A stretch of 64,000 nucleotides of DNA. It comes from an uncultured delta proteobacterium. GTDB taxonomy: Bacteria; Myxococcota; UBA727; VGSZ01. Numbering within the stretch: position 1 is the first letter of the stretch; the number at the start of each line of letters is the position of its first letter. The notes under the pieces are model-generated. The model ran no database searches and was not told where the DNA came from. It saw only the letters and a program-made list of their open reading frames with translations. The translations under genes and the position numbers were made by a program. This document shows positions 38,106-49,049 of this stretch, piece by piece. The stretch lies in the NCBI GenBank assembly GCA_963775425.1, contig CAVZJB010000018.1, forward strand, positions 32,001 to 96,000, given 5' to 3'.

Positions 38106-38429
38106 TCAACAATCACACGGCGCGCAGCGCACGGTGACGTCGATGGACCGGGACCGCAGCTCCTCCTCGAGCGCCGCGGCCTCGGCGTCGCACTCCGCCG
38201 GCGGCCGCAGCCGTTCGCACGTGAAGCTCTGGCCGGATCCGCGGCCGCAGGCGCGACCGTCGTCGTCGACGGACGCGGCGGCGGCGGCGACGTCACGCCC
38301 GCTCACCTCGAGCACGGGGCAGGGGCACTCGATCGCCGGCGCTCCGCCGCAGGCGAGGGGAGCGCACGGCACGATCACCGCGCCGATGACGAAGGCCACG
38401 AGGACGGTCGCGCGCACGATTGCATTCAC
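38106..38429 (-). CDS. Small Cys-rich exported protein/lipoprotein
   Basis: Hydrophobic leader, PLAC, several Cys, ends CAPCDC; start uncertain. Confidence 0.5.
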   Translation of the reverse strand: MNAIVRATVLVAFVIGAVIVPCAPLACGGAPAIECPCPVLEVSGRDVAAAAASVDDDGRACGRGSGQSFTCERLRPPAECDAEAAALEEELRSRSIDVTVRCAPCDC

Positions 38430-38525
38430 CTTCGATTCCAAGGGTACCCCGGTGTGGGCGGGCAAAGGGGCGGGGCAAAAACTCTTGCGCTCCCCGTGAC
38501 GGCGGCGCGCTCGTAGCGTGCCCGC

Positions 38526-41500
38526 ATGAAGCAACACCGCACGACGCAACGCCGCACGAAGCAACACAGCACCACGCCGCACACGCGCAGCTCGCGCGCG
38601 CCGTGCGCGCGCCTCGCGCCCGAAGGCTCGCGGGCCCCCCGCACCGCCCGCGCCGGCGTCGCCGCCGTCCTGTCGCTCCTGGTCGTCGGCGCCGCCGCGT
38701 GCCGCGACCAGCGCAGCTCGCCGGGCGGGGCGCGGCTCGGCGACGACGACGTGCTCGCCGGCCGCGCGCTCACCGCCGCCGAGGTGGAGCGCGGGTTCTA
38801 TACGTCGAGCGACGCGGAGCTCACGCCGTTCGCCACGCACCTCGCGACCACCATCGGCGGCTCGCTGCAGCTCTACGGCAACCTCACGGCGTCGGGCGCC
38901 GGAGAGATGCTCGACTACAACGCCGTCACGGGCACCTGGTTTCACCCGACGGGCACGACGTTCTCCTTCCCCGTGTCGCAGCTTCGGGACGAGTACGTGG
39001 CGCTCTGCTCCGATCCTCTCCTGGGCGGCCAGTTCCCGAAGTACGGGCCCGCGGAGGACCCGTGCAACTTCCTCCACGTCAGCCAGATCATCAACGACGT
39101 CATCGACGACGTCACCGTGACCTTGCGCGCGGCCGAGGCGACCGCGCGCTGGGTGTCGCCGAGCCGCCGCCTCTCGTGCCAGGAGCGGCAGTACAACGAG
39201 ACGGACTCACCCGGGACGTGCACCGGCGGCTGCAGCCCCGGGTTCCGCTGCGACGACGCCACCGACACGTGCGTGTACGGCAACCAGCCCGTTACCTGCG
39301 CCGCCGACGCCGACTGCCCCGGCGGCGTCACCTGCGACGTCGGCGCGGGCGTGTGCGCCTTCTGCGCGGCGGACAGCGACTGCAACACCTCCCTCACGGC
39401 GGCGGGCGGCGTCTGCGACGGCGCGCGCGGCATCTGCACGCAGACCGTGTGGGACGACTGCTTCGGCGACGCCGACGAAGACGCGCCGGTCATCGAGGTG
39501 CGCATCCCCACAGACGTGAACGTCGACCCCGACGACGGCTTCAGCACCCTCGTCGCCACCGTGCTCGTGCACCACCTCGACCTCATCGTGCGCGTGCAGG
39601 TCCAGGCCTGCCGCGAGGGGCACGGCTGTCCCCGCGACGCCCGCACCATCTTCGAGGGCTACCGGGGCGCCGGCGGCGACGTCGGCTTCAGCGACGCCAA
39701 CATGCACGTCACGGCGGTGACCACCGCCGAGAACATCGAGATCGAGGTCATCCCCGGCCTCGGCATGAGCGCGAGCTGCGCCGGCGGCGACTACGCGGGC
39801 TGCGCCGGCCTCGACGCGCTCCTGCGCTCGGAGCTGACCGGCGGCGTCACCAGGATCGTGCGGCGCCTCGGCAGCGCGTTCGACTACCTGCTGAGCGCGC
39901 CGCCGCTGCCGACGACGCAGTTGACGCGCGCGCAGCTCGACACGTTCATCGACGCGAACCCGATGGGCGGCTTGATCAACGCGCGCGTGCGCGACCAGGT
40001 CGCCGCCCACGCGCGCTTGCCCGTGGCGGGCATCGTCGTGCGCCTGCCGGACGGCTCCGTCGGGCCCCTCGGCGGCGCCGACGGCGCGTGGACCAACCGC
40101 ACCGTCGACGCGCTGGTGAACGGCGCGTCCGTCGTCGGCGCGTCGCTCGACATGCGCGCCTTCGCCGGCGTGTGCGGCGGCGGCTACACGGCCTCGTGCC
40201 GCGACGCGGCGACCCCGGACGCGCGCTGCGTGGTGTGCGACACATGCACGACCTTCGCCGGCCTGGATCCGACGGTGGACTCGATCTGCGCGTTCGGCGT
40301 CTCCACGCTCACGAGCAGCGACCCGTCGACCGCGAGCTACTTCACGATCCCGCCGTCGCCCGCGCTCGGGTCGCTCCTGGCCGGGACGCCCAACATCGCC
40401 GTGGAGCTGCGCCGCGTGTTCTCGCGACCGCTCGACGACTTCGCGCGGCGCACCGGCAGCGCGCCGAAGCTCGTCGACGCCGCGTTCTGCGCCGAGCCGA
40501 GCGGACCGCAGGCGGACGCGTGTCTGCCCGGGGTCACCACGCCCGCGCTGTTCCGCATCCTCGCGGACGCCGACCGCGACGGAGTCCCCGATCACCTCGA
40601 CAACTGCCCCGGCGTCGACAACCCCAATCAGGCGGACAGCGACGGTGACGGGCTCGGCGACGCGTGCGACGGCTGCCCCGGCGTGGCCTCGTCCTCCAAC
40701 GCGGACAGCGACGGCGACGGCACGCCCGACGCCTGCGACTGCGACGCCGACGGAGACAGTTGCAGAAACCCCGTCATCGACGTCGACGGCGTCGAGCGCT
40801 GCGTCGCCGGCGGCCTGTTCGGCGCGTGGGACGAGCACCCGCACACGCCGAGCTGCGATCCCGACTGGGTGCCGCCGCCCGAAGCCGGGCCCGGCCCGGT
40901 CTGCCGGCCGCTCGACACCGACGGCGACGGCGCGCCCGACGACTGCGATCCAGACGACGACAACGACGGCGTCCTCGACGGCGACGACAACTGCCGCCTC
41001 GTGGCGAACCCCGGTCAGCAGGACGAAAACGGCAACGGCATCGGCGACGCGTGCGACCCCATCTGCGTCGGCGCGGGCCTGCCAATCTGCAGCGGCTCCC
41101 CGAGCGTCGTCGGCATCGAGCCCATCGAGACCATCCCGGAGCTCGAGCGGTTCTTCGGTCACGTCCCCGGCTGGCTGCCGACGCCGTGGTGCATCGCCGA
41201 CGGCCCCGGCTGCGGCATCTGGTGGAGCTTCTTCGACGGCGACCTCGTCGCGCACGCCGGCGACGGCTTCGCCGGGCGCATCAGCGCGAAAGCGCTCGGC
41301 CTCGACGAGCTCGGGCTCGACGGCTTCGGCGCGAACGCGCTCTCGGCGCCGCCGACGGCGCTCCTGCCCGACATCGACGGTGACGGCGTCGGCGAGCTCG
41401 CGATCGGCGCGCCGGACGCGCTCGGCGGGCGCGGCGCGCTGCTCGTCATCGGGAGCGCGGCGCACGCGCCGCTGCTGACGCTCTCGGGCACGGGCGACGC

Positions 41501-42645
41501 AGAATCGCTACGGCGCGGCGCTCGCGCTCGTCGGCTCGCTCTTGCACGTCGGCGCCCCTGGCGCGCGCGACGCGCTCGGCAAGGCGACCGGCGCGGTGTT
41601 CCAGCTCGACGTGACGTCGATGACGAGCACCGACGCGTTCTTCGGTGACGAGGACGGCGACGGCTTCGGCGCGTCCATCGTGCCGATCAGCGGCGCGGCG
41701 GGAGATCCCAACGGGCAGCAGGGGCCGTCGCCGTTCGAGCTCGTCGTCGGCGCGCCGGGCCACGGGCGCGCGTACGGCATGGACATCCACGGCATCCGCA
41801 CGACGACGTTCGACGGCGCCGGCGCCGTCGGCTTCGGGAGCGTCATCGCCGACGCGCGCGCGTTTTTCCCCGGCGGTGTGCTCATCGGTGCGCCGGACGT
41901 CATGAACGGAGACGGCGCGGTCGGGCTGTACGACGCCAACGGCGCGGCGAAGTGGATCCTCTACGGCGAGCCCGGCGCGCGCCTCGGCGCGTCGCTGGTG
42001 GGACCCGTCGACTACAACGGGCTCGGCGTCGCGACGGCGATGGTGGGCGCCCCCGGCGAAAAGAACGGCGGCGGGGTCGTGTTCGCGCTCGACGCCGCCG
42101 GCGAGCGGGCGCAGGTCGCGCACGGCGGCGCCGGCGCGGAGCTCGGCGCGGCGCTCGCGAGCCCCGGCGACGTCACGGGCGACGGGCGCCCCGACCTGCT
42201 CGTCGGCGCGCGGGGCCTGCTGCAGGGCGGCGCGTTGCTCGTGTTCCCGGGCGCGTCGTTGAAGGCGCCGCCGACGGCGGGCTCCTGCATGGACTCGTGC
42301 GGCGGCATCGGTGACACGTACACCTGCTGGTGCGACCCGATCTGCGAGAAGTACGGCGACTGCTGCGCCGACCGCGACGAATTCTGTCCCGGCGGCAAGT
42401 ACCCCGCGGCGACGTGCGACGGATCCTGCGGCGGCGCGTCGCCGCAGGGCTGTTGGTGCGACGACCTGTGCAAGAAGTACGGCGATTGCTGCGCCGACTA
42501 CCTCGGCTTCTGCGAGGCGCCGCACTGCTCGATCGTCACCGGGAGCTGCGACGTGACGCTCGAAAACGGCTGGGACTCCTGCGCCTGCGACGCCGACTGC
42601 GCGCAGCGCGGCGACTGCTGCGACGACGCAGGGAGCTGCGGGTAG
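38526..42645 (+). CDS. Large Cys-rich adhesin-like lipoprotein (TSP3 repeats, FG-GAP/integrin-alpha repeats, three somatomedin-B-like domains), split by a frameshift near 41480-41505
   Basis: ORFs 38526-41648 and 41542-42645 continue the same FG-GAP series in adjacent frames; CWCD..C.KYGDCC.D repeats. Confidence 0.75.
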
Positions 42646-42743
42646 GGCCCCGGCGGCGCCGCCGCCCCTCGGGGCGGCGCCGCCCTCCGGCCGGGGCGCT
42701 CCCGGTTGCGAACGGCCGGCGCTGATCGGTATGTCGACGGGCC

Positions 42744-44597
42744 GTGCCCGACGGAAGCGACCCCGACAAGGAGCCCAGGAAGTCCATCCGCGCGCGCATC
42801 GCGGCCGGCGTCGTGGTCTTCAAGCAGGTGCCACGCACCTTCGGGGTGCTGTGGCGGGCGGCGCCCGCGCTGACGGTGGTGCTCGCGGTGTCGACGGCGG
42901 TGCAGGCGCTCATCCCCGCCGGCATCGCGTGGGTGGCCAAGCTCATCATCGACACCGTCGCCGCCGCCGCCCGCGGCGACCTCGCCGCCCGCGGCCACGT
43001 CGTCGACCTCGTCGCGCTGGAGCTGTGCTTCGTCGTCGTCAACATGGCGCTCGGCCGCGGCGCCGAGCTGATGAAGAACCGCATCGGTCAGTCCCTCAAG
43101 CGCCTGCTCGCGCGCGAGGTCCTCGAAAAAGCGCTCGCGCTCGAGGTGCGGCACTTCGAAGACAGCGCGCTGTACGACAAGATGCAGAACGCCAGGCGCG
43201 AGGCCGACGTGCGGCCGCTGCACCTCGTCACCGGCGCGTTCTCCATCGCCCAGAGCACCATCACGCTGGCGAGCTACGCGGCGCTCCTCGTGTCGCTCGC
43301 GCCGTGGAGCCTCGCGGTCCTCGTGGGCGCGGCCATCCCCGGCTTCCTCGCCGAGATGCGCTTCGCCGCGCGTGGCTACCGCGTGCTGTCGTGGCGCGCG
43401 CCGGACTCTCGGCGCCTGAACTACCTCGAGTGGATCCTCACGCGGGACAACACCGTCAAGGAGGTGAAGCTCTTCGGCCTCGGCCCGCTCGTGCTCGGGC
43501 GTTACTTCAAGCTGTTCGACAAGGTCGTCGACGAGGACCACCGGCTGGCGCGCGCCCGCGCCCTGTGGGGCACGCTCCTCGGCGTGGTCGCCGTCGTCGC
43601 CTTCTACGGCTGCTACGCGTGGGTGGCGGGGAGCGCGGCGATGGGCGCGCTCACGCTCGGCGACATGACGCTCTACCTCACGGTGTTTCGCTCGGGGCAG
43701 GCGTCGTTTTCGTCGATCCTCAGCTCGATCGGGTCCATGTACGAGGACGCCTTGTTCATGTCGAACCTGTTTTCGTACCTCGACACCCGGGCGGACGGCG
43801 AGAGGCCGCGCGCGGCGCCGCCGCACCGGTTGCCCGCGGGGCGCCACGGGCTCGAGCTGAAGAACGTGACCTTCCGCTACCCGGGCACGGAGGCGATCGT
43901 CCTCGACGACGTGTCGCTGTCGGTGGCGCCGGGCGAGAAGATCGCGCTCGTGGGCGAAAACGGCTCAGGCAAGACCACGCTGGTGAAGCTGCTGCTGCGG
44001 CTGTACGAGCCGACGTCGGGCGAGATCCTCTACGGCGGCGTCGACATCCGCGACCTCGACGTCCAGGACCTGCGCGCCCGCTTCTCGGCGGTGTTCCAGG
44101 ACTTCGTCCGCTACCAGCTCGCGGTGAAGGAGAACATCGGCGTCGGCGACACGGCGCACCTCACGGAGCTGGACCGCATCGAGCGCGCCGCGGACAAGGG
44201 CGGCGCCGTCCCCGTCGTGAACAAGCTGAAGGGCGGCTTCGACGCGATGCTCGGCGGGTGGTTCGAGGAGGGGCAGGAGCTGTCGGGCGGGCAGTGGCAG
44301 AAGCTGGCGTTGTCGCGCGCGTTCATGCGCGAGGAGGCCGAGGTGTTGGTGCTCGACGAGCCTTCGGCGGCCATCGACGCCCGCGCGGAGGCGGAGCTGT
44401 TCGAGAGGCTGCGCACGCTGGCCGCCGACAAGATCGCGTTTTTGATCTCGCATCGCTTCTCGACGGTGCGCATGGCGGACCGCATCGCCGTCCTCGACCA
44501 GGGGAAGATCGTGGAGCTCGGCAGCCACGACGCGCTCGTCGACCAGGGCGGCGTGTACGCACAGCTCTTCCACCTGCAGGCCAAGGGCTACCGCTAG
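42744..44597 (+). CDS. ABC transporter fused permease/ATP-binding protein
   Basis: TM region, GENGSGKT, LSGGQWQ, LDEP and SHRFST motifs. Confidence 0.95.
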   Translation: MPDGSDPDKEPRKSIRARIAAGVVVFKQVPRTFGVLWRAAPALTVVLAVSTAVQALIPAGIAWVAKLIIDTVAAAARGDLAARGHVVDLVALELCFVVVNMALGRGAELMKNRIGQSLKRLLAREVLEKALALEVRHFEDSALYDKMQNARREADVRPLHLVTGAFSIAQSTITLASYAALLVSLAPWSLAVLVGAAIPGFLAEMRFAARGYRVLSWRAPDSRRLNYLEWILTRDNTVKEVKLFGLGPLVLGRYFKLFDKVVDEDHRLARARALWGTLLGVVAVVAFYGCYAWVAGSAAMGALTLGDMTLYLTVFRSGQASFSSILSSIGSMYEDALFMSNLFSYLDTRADGERPRAAPPHRLPAGRHGLELKNVTFRYPGTEAIVLDDVSLSVAPGEKIALVGENGSGKTTLVKLLLRLYEPTSGEILYGGVDIRDLDVQDLRARFSAVFQDFVRYQLAVKENIGVGDTAHLTELDRIERAADKGGAVPVVNKLKGGFDAMLGGWFEEGQELSGGQWQKLALSRAFMREEAEVLVLDEPSAAIDARAEAELFERLRTLAADKIAFLISHRFSTVRMADRIAVLDQGKIVELGSHDALVDQGGVYAQLFHLQAKGYR

Positions 44598-44790
44598 CTG
44601 ATATGGAGTGACCGCCTGTCAAGCCACGGACGTCGCGGTGATGTTGTTCGGGGGCTCGTCGTCGTCGGTGGCGAGGTCGCTCGCGGAGTCGGAAGGATGG
44701 ACGAGTCAGGGCGCTTCGACGACGAGTCACGCTGCCGAGCCGCATGACCATGAACCGTCGGGCGGACCGGGCTCTTCCCGCGCGCGCGGC

Positions 44791-45624
44791 CTACACCGGC
44801 GCGCCGTGCCCACCCGCGCGAGGGCATGACGCCCGTCGACGACAGCCGAGCAGGAAGACCAACGTCAGCATCGCGCCGCCGTTCGCCCCCGTGGACGAAC
44901 AACCGCCCAGGTCGGCGTCGCCGAGCTCCACGCAGACGGGGTCGAGCGCCGCCTCGTTGCCGGAGACGTCGACGGCGCCGGCGGTGAAGCACGCGGTGCG
45001 CGGGGCGCCGCCCGTGATGCGGAAGCTCAGCGGCGTGCCGCACGTCGGGCTGCCCCCGCCGAGCGGGAGGAAGCCTTCCTCGCCGCCGTCGACGACCACG
45101 TGGAGCACGAGCCCGTTCGCGTCGCTCGCCCGCGGCAGACAGCCGGTCACCGTGTAGCCCGTCGTCGTCGTGAAGGGCCCCGACGCGCCGGCCACGGGCG
45201 TGGCGCGGAAGCGCTGGCGGCCGTCGGCGCCGAACACCGGCGGGTCGTCGTCGGGGCCGTCGCCCACGGTCCAGGTGAACACGTCGTTGCAGCCGTCGCA
45301 GCTCGGCTGCACCACCACGGCGTCGCCGGGCGCGAGGTCGCCGAGCGCGACGAGCAGCGTGTGGGAAATCGCGGAGCTGTGCTTGTCGACCACGAGGGTC
45401 TCGTGGCTGCCGTCGGCGCGCACGCGGTCGAACGACACGTCGCCGCCGTCGGAGAACGCGAGCAGCCGCGCGTTGGTGGGGATGACGACGTCGCGGGCGG
45501 GCACCGCGGCGTCGGGGCTCGCGTGCAGCACGGGCTGCATCAGGGCGTCGCTGGCGGCGGGGGCGGCGCGAGCGGCCGCGGCGCCGGCGACGACGGTGAG
45601 CAGGGCGAGGGGCACGCGAAACAT
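44791..45624 (-). CDS. Secreted protein with MYXO-CTERM-like anchor
   Basis: Signal peptide MFRVPLALL.., IPTNAR motif, GGCSS..TM..RRR. Confidence 0.7.
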   Translation of the reverse strand: MFRVPLALLTVVAGAAAARAAPAASDALMQPVLHASPDAAVPARDVVIPTNARLLAFSDGGDVSFDRVRADGSHETLVVDKHSSAISHTLLVALGDLAPGDAVVVQPSCDGCNDVFTWTVGDGPDDDPPVFGADGRQRFRATPVAGASGPFTTTTGYTVTGCLPRASDANGLVLHVVVDGGEEGFLPLGGGSPTCGTPLSFRITGGAPRTACFTAGAVDVSGNEAALDPVCVELGDADLGGCSSTGANGGAMLTLVFLLGCRRRASCPRAGGHGAPV

Positions 45625-45717
45625 GCGCCGCGCCGTGCAGGACCGGGACCAGCCCGCCCCGGGCGGCGCCAAGCGCGAGGACGTCCACGGAAATTCGTGG
45701 GGCTCTATGATTTCCGG

Positions 45718-46170
45718 GTGCCGTCCCCCCGCCCCATCGCGGTCGTCGCCGCCGCGCTCGCCGCCGGCTGTCTTTGCGCGCCGGACACCCCGAGCGCCGT
45801 CCTCGAGCTGCCCGCGCACCCCGCGGTCGAGCACCAGGACGCCGGCCCCGGCGCGCCCGGCGCCACGTGCGCGAGCGGCGACGGCTGCGCCGCCTGCGAG
45901 CTCCTCGACGCCGACTGCCAGGACGGCGCCACCTGCGGCGAGGACGGCCTGTGCACCTCGGGCTGCTTCGAGCCCGACCCCGACTGCAGGCCCGCCCCCG
46001 ACGGGCTGCACTGCGGCGCCGGCGAGGAGTGCGAGAGCGGCACCTGCACCTTCGTCGACGGAGACACGCTGTGCACGCGGCCGTGCGACGCGAGCGGCGC
46101 GTGCCCCGACGGCTTTTCGTGCGTGAGCCCGGCGGACCACGCGCCGCTGTGCCTGCCGTCGCGCTGCTGA
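45718..46170 (+). CDS. Small Cys-rich lipoprotein
   Basis: AAGC lipobox; CTRPC....CPDGFSC motif. Confidence 0.7.
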   Translation: MPSPRPIAVVAAALAAGCLCAPDTPSAVLELPAHPAVEHQDAGPGAPGATCASGDGCAACELLDADCQDGATCGEDGLCTSGCFEPDPDCRPAPDGLHCGAGEECESGTCTFVDGDTLCTRPCDASGACPDGFSCVSPADHAPLCLPSRC

Positions 46171-46195
46171 CGGCCGCTCCCTCCGGTCGCTGATC
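46171..46195. repeat. Dispersed REP-like motif (GCTCCCTCCGGTCGCTGATC), also at 57680-57699
   Basis: Identical 20-mer downstream of two unrelated genes. Confidence 0.7.
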
Positions 46196-46359
46196 ACACC
46201 CGTGAGATCGATCGCGGCGCCGCCGGTCCCTCGAGGCCGGCACGCACAACGTTCAGGGCCTTGAAACTTCTTGGCTTTTCCGCCATCCTCCCCAGGATGT
46301 AGGCAACCGGCGCCCCGTTCAGCCGATATCCGGGACACACCGTTTTCGAGGGGTTCAAC

Positions 46360-46857
46360 ATGTCTCTGGACGTCGTCACCAAGAAGATCGAGGTGATCAC
46401 CAGGAAAGAGGTGATCAAGGAAGCCGACATCCAGGAGGTCATCACCGCCGCCGAGCGCTCCCAGAAGGGGCGCCAGGACGGGGTGTCGAACGCAGAGGGC
46501 CGCGCCGTCGCCGACCTCTTCCTCCGCGCCAAAACGGGCGCGCCGTCGCCCAGGCTCGCCACGCCCAAGCTCGAGGACGGCGCCGTCAGCAAGCTCAACG
46601 CGTTCTTCATGGCCCACCACCTGCCCTACGGGGACAACAAGGGCCCGATGAAGGACCGCATCCTCGCGGCGCTCCACAAGCGCGACGACGACCTGGGCGA
46701 AGCCCTGGCGCGCCCGCCGCGCACCGGCAGCCTCCAACCGCTGCGCTTGTCCGCCAAGGGCGAGCCCCAGAAGGACGCCTACGTCGACGTCGTCAAGAAG
46801 CAGTTCATCGTGAAGCTCGACGGCCGGTTCTACGGGCCCTTCGGCCTCGACGACTGA
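46360..46857 (+). CDS. Hypothetical protein
   Basis: RBS-like GAGGGG, strongly coding-like codon usage. Confidence 0.75.
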   Translation: MSLDVVTKKIEVITRKEVIKEADIQEVITAAERSQKGRQDGVSNAEGRAVADLFLRAKTGAPSPRLATPKLEDGAVSKLNAFFMAHHLPYGDNKGPMKDRILAALHKRDDDLGEALARPPRTGSLQPLRLSAKGEPQKDAYVDVVKKQFIVKLDGRFYGPFGLDD

Positions 46858-47873
46858 ATCACGGCGTAGCGCCCACTCACCATCCAGTCCGCGTCCGCCG
46901 GCGGACGCTCGATGCCGAGCGCCACCTCCGCCTTGAGCGTGCGCAGCGCGACCACGGGCGCGGGGAAGTCGACGACGCTCGCGAAGGGCGTGTCCACGGG
47001 CCACGGCGCGTCGCCGACGAGCCTGCGATAATTGGCGTCGCCTTTGACGACGACGGCGTCGAACGAGGCGAGGGCGTCCGTGAGGTCGGCGGGCATGTCG
47101 CGGCGAGAGAGGAAGCCGCTCGACGTCATGTAGGGGTGCGCGAGGAGCTCGCGCGCGGGCAGGCCGAGGGCGGCGCGGGTGCGCTCGACGTCGGCGGGCG
47201 TGGCGTCCGACACGAAGAACGGGTGCGCCTTGGCGAAGAGCACCGCCCCGAGCGTGTCGGCGAGCAGCAGGTCGAAGCACAGCTCGGTGCCGGCGTTGTC
47301 GAGGAGGATCGCCGTGCGCCCGCCGAGGAGCTCCACGGCCGCGGCGGTGTCGTCGACGAGGAGGTCGCCGGCGTCGCCGCGGTCGCCGTGGGCGAGGCCG
47401 GCGGTGTAGCTGAGGTCCGCGCGGTTCCCCCACAGCGCGGCGTGCAGCAGCGCGGGAAGGGGCGGGCGCGCGTCGACGAGGGGGCGGGCGCGGGGCAGGG
47501 CGCGCCGCTCCTCGGAGAGCTTGACGGCGAGGAAGGGGTCCTCGCCCGTCTCGAAGAAGCGCACGGCCTCGAGCACGCGCCGGTAGAAGAAGCTCTCGGC
47601 GAAGTACCAGGGGACGTCGAGCCAGCTCTTGCCCACGTGCGGCGCGCACGCGACGTCCCAGGCGGCGCGGTCGGGCGTCTCCTCGAGGAGCCCGCGCAGC
47701 CGGCCACCCGTGAGCTCCGCGCGCAAGGCGGCGCAGCGGGCGCGGATGTCTTCGTGGAAGGAAGGGTTCTGCGCGACGGTGTCGTCGAGGATCTTGGGGA
47801 CGCGCACCGCCAACGTGCGGTGCGCGAACGATCCGGCGTCGCCGGTGGACCACGGCCTCACGCCGCCGCCCAT
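46830..47873 (-). CDS. Damage-control phosphatase, ARMT1/DUF89 family
   Basis: WYFAESFFYRR, LWGNRADLS, DNAGTEL, PFFVSD, KGDANYRRL and RTLKAE motifs. Confidence 0.92.
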   Translation of the reverse strand: MGGGVRPWSTGDAGSFAHRTLAVRVPKILDDTVAQNPSFHEDIRARCAALRAELTGGRLRGLLEETPDRAAWDVACAPHVGKSWLDVPWYFAESFFYRRVLEAVRFFETGEDPFLAVKLSEERRALPRARPLVDARPPLPALLHAALWGNRADLSYTAGLAHGDRGDAGDLLVDDTAAAVELLGGRTAILLDNAGTELCFDLLLADTLGAVLFAKAHPFFVSDATPADVERTRAALGLPARELLAHPYMTSSGFLSRRDMPADLTDALASFDAVVVKGDANYRRLVGDAPWPVDTPFASVVDFPAPVVALRTLKAEVALGIERPPADADWMVSGRYAVIQSSRPKGP

Positions 47874-47968
47874 GGGCCCGCCGGCGCGGCGCCCCGGAGC
47901 GAACGGGGCGGGCGACGCCGGACGGTGCCGAGCATGGGGATCACGACGCTGCGATCACGACGCTGCGA

Positions 47969-48541
47969 TCACGACGCCGGGGGCATCAACACCGCGTCGA
48001 CGACGTGGATGACGCCGTTGGTCGCGGTGAGGTCGGCCTGGGTGACGTGCGCGCCGCCCACTTCGACCTTGCCGTCCTTGGCGCTCACCGCGAGGTCGGC
48101 GCCGCCGAGCGTCTTCTCGGTGGTGGCCGTGCTCAGGTCGGCGGCCATGAGCTTCCCGTCGACGACGTGGTAGTTGAGGATCTTGAGGAGCTCGGCCTGG
48201 CCCGCGTCGGTCATCAGCTCGGCGCGCTTCTCCTCCGGGAGCTTGTTGAACGCCTCGTCCGTGGGGGCGAACAGCGTGTACGGCCCGGCGCCCTCGAGCG
48301 TCTTGTCGAGGCCCGCCTTCGACAACATCGCCGTGAGCTGCGTGAAGCCCTTGTACGCGGCGAGCTGGTACACGTCCTTCGGCGCGTCGTCGGCGGCCTT
48401 CTTGGTCTCCGTCGCCGCGGTCTTCTCGGCGCTGGCGACCTCCTTGTCGGAGACGCCGGCGGTCTTGGCGAGGTTCTTTGCTTGCGCGCAGCCAACGACG
48501 GTGAACAGGGCCGCAGCCATCATCAAGGTCTTCGATGTCAT
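47969..48541 (-). CDS. Fasciclin (FAS1) domain lipoprotein
   Basis: VVGC lipobox; TLFAPTDEAF, YHVV and NGVIHVVD motifs. Confidence 0.93.
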   Translation of the reverse strand: MTSKTLMMAAALFTVVGCAQAKNLAKTAGVSDKEVASAEKTAATETKKAADDAPKDVYQLAAYKGFTQLTAMLSKAGLDKTLEGAGPYTLFAPTDEAFNKLPEEKRAELMTDAGQAELLKILNYHVVDGKLMAADLSTATTEKTLGGADLAVSAKDGKVEVGGAHVTQADLTATNGVIHVVDAVLMPPAS

Positions 48542-48574
48542 GGTTTCTCCTCTTGAAGGGAGCGCCGGGATAAC

Positions 48575-49030
48575 ATGAAACCCGAGGCAGTCGTGAAGCT
48601 CATCGAGATAGATGCCGGTGACGCGGACGCTCGTGCGGAGCTCGTTCGCTTCGTGAACGCGCACTACAACAGCGAGCTCCCCGTCGACGAAGGGGCGTTC
48701 GGCCACACCACCTTCTTCTGGGCCCACGACGACGACGGCGGGCGCGTGGGCTGCACCGGCTATGTCAGAAAAACCGCCTTCCTCGCCGAGAGCGTGAAGA
48801 CCGTCATCGACCCCGCCCACCGCGGCCGCGGCCTCGGCGCCGCCGTCTCCAAGGCCATCGAGGACGAGGCGCGCCGCCGGGGCTTCAAGAAGCTCATGAC
48901 CACCATCCTCGTCGACAACCTGCCGATGCTCTTCATCAAGATGAGGCAGGGCTTCCTCATCGAGGGGATGCACCGCGACCACGAAAAGCCCGGCCTGCAC
49001 GAGTACTCGCTCGGCAAGATGCTGGTCTGA
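48575..49030 (+). CDS. GNAT-family N-acetyltransferase
   Basis: IDPAHRGRGLG acetyl-CoA motif. Confidence 0.85.
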   Translation: MKPEAVVKLIEIDAGDADARAELVRFVNAHYNSELPVDEGAFGHTTFFWAHDDDGGRVGCTGYVRKTAFLAESVKTVIDPAHRGRGLGAAVSKAIEDEARRRGFKKLMTTILVDNLPMLFIKMRQGFLIEGMHRDHEKPGLHEYSLGKMLV

Positions 49031-49049
49031 AGGGCGCGCGGGCTGCGGT

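Noticed and set aside
38526-38585. Imperfect 15-bp tandem repeat at the adhesin start as a phase-variation switch
   Set aside because: Unit length is a multiple of 3 and the copies are degenerate; the true start may lie downstream
44598-44790. Short ORFs between the ABC transporter and the MYXO-CTERM gene
   Set aside because: No convincing start, RBS or motif in any frame
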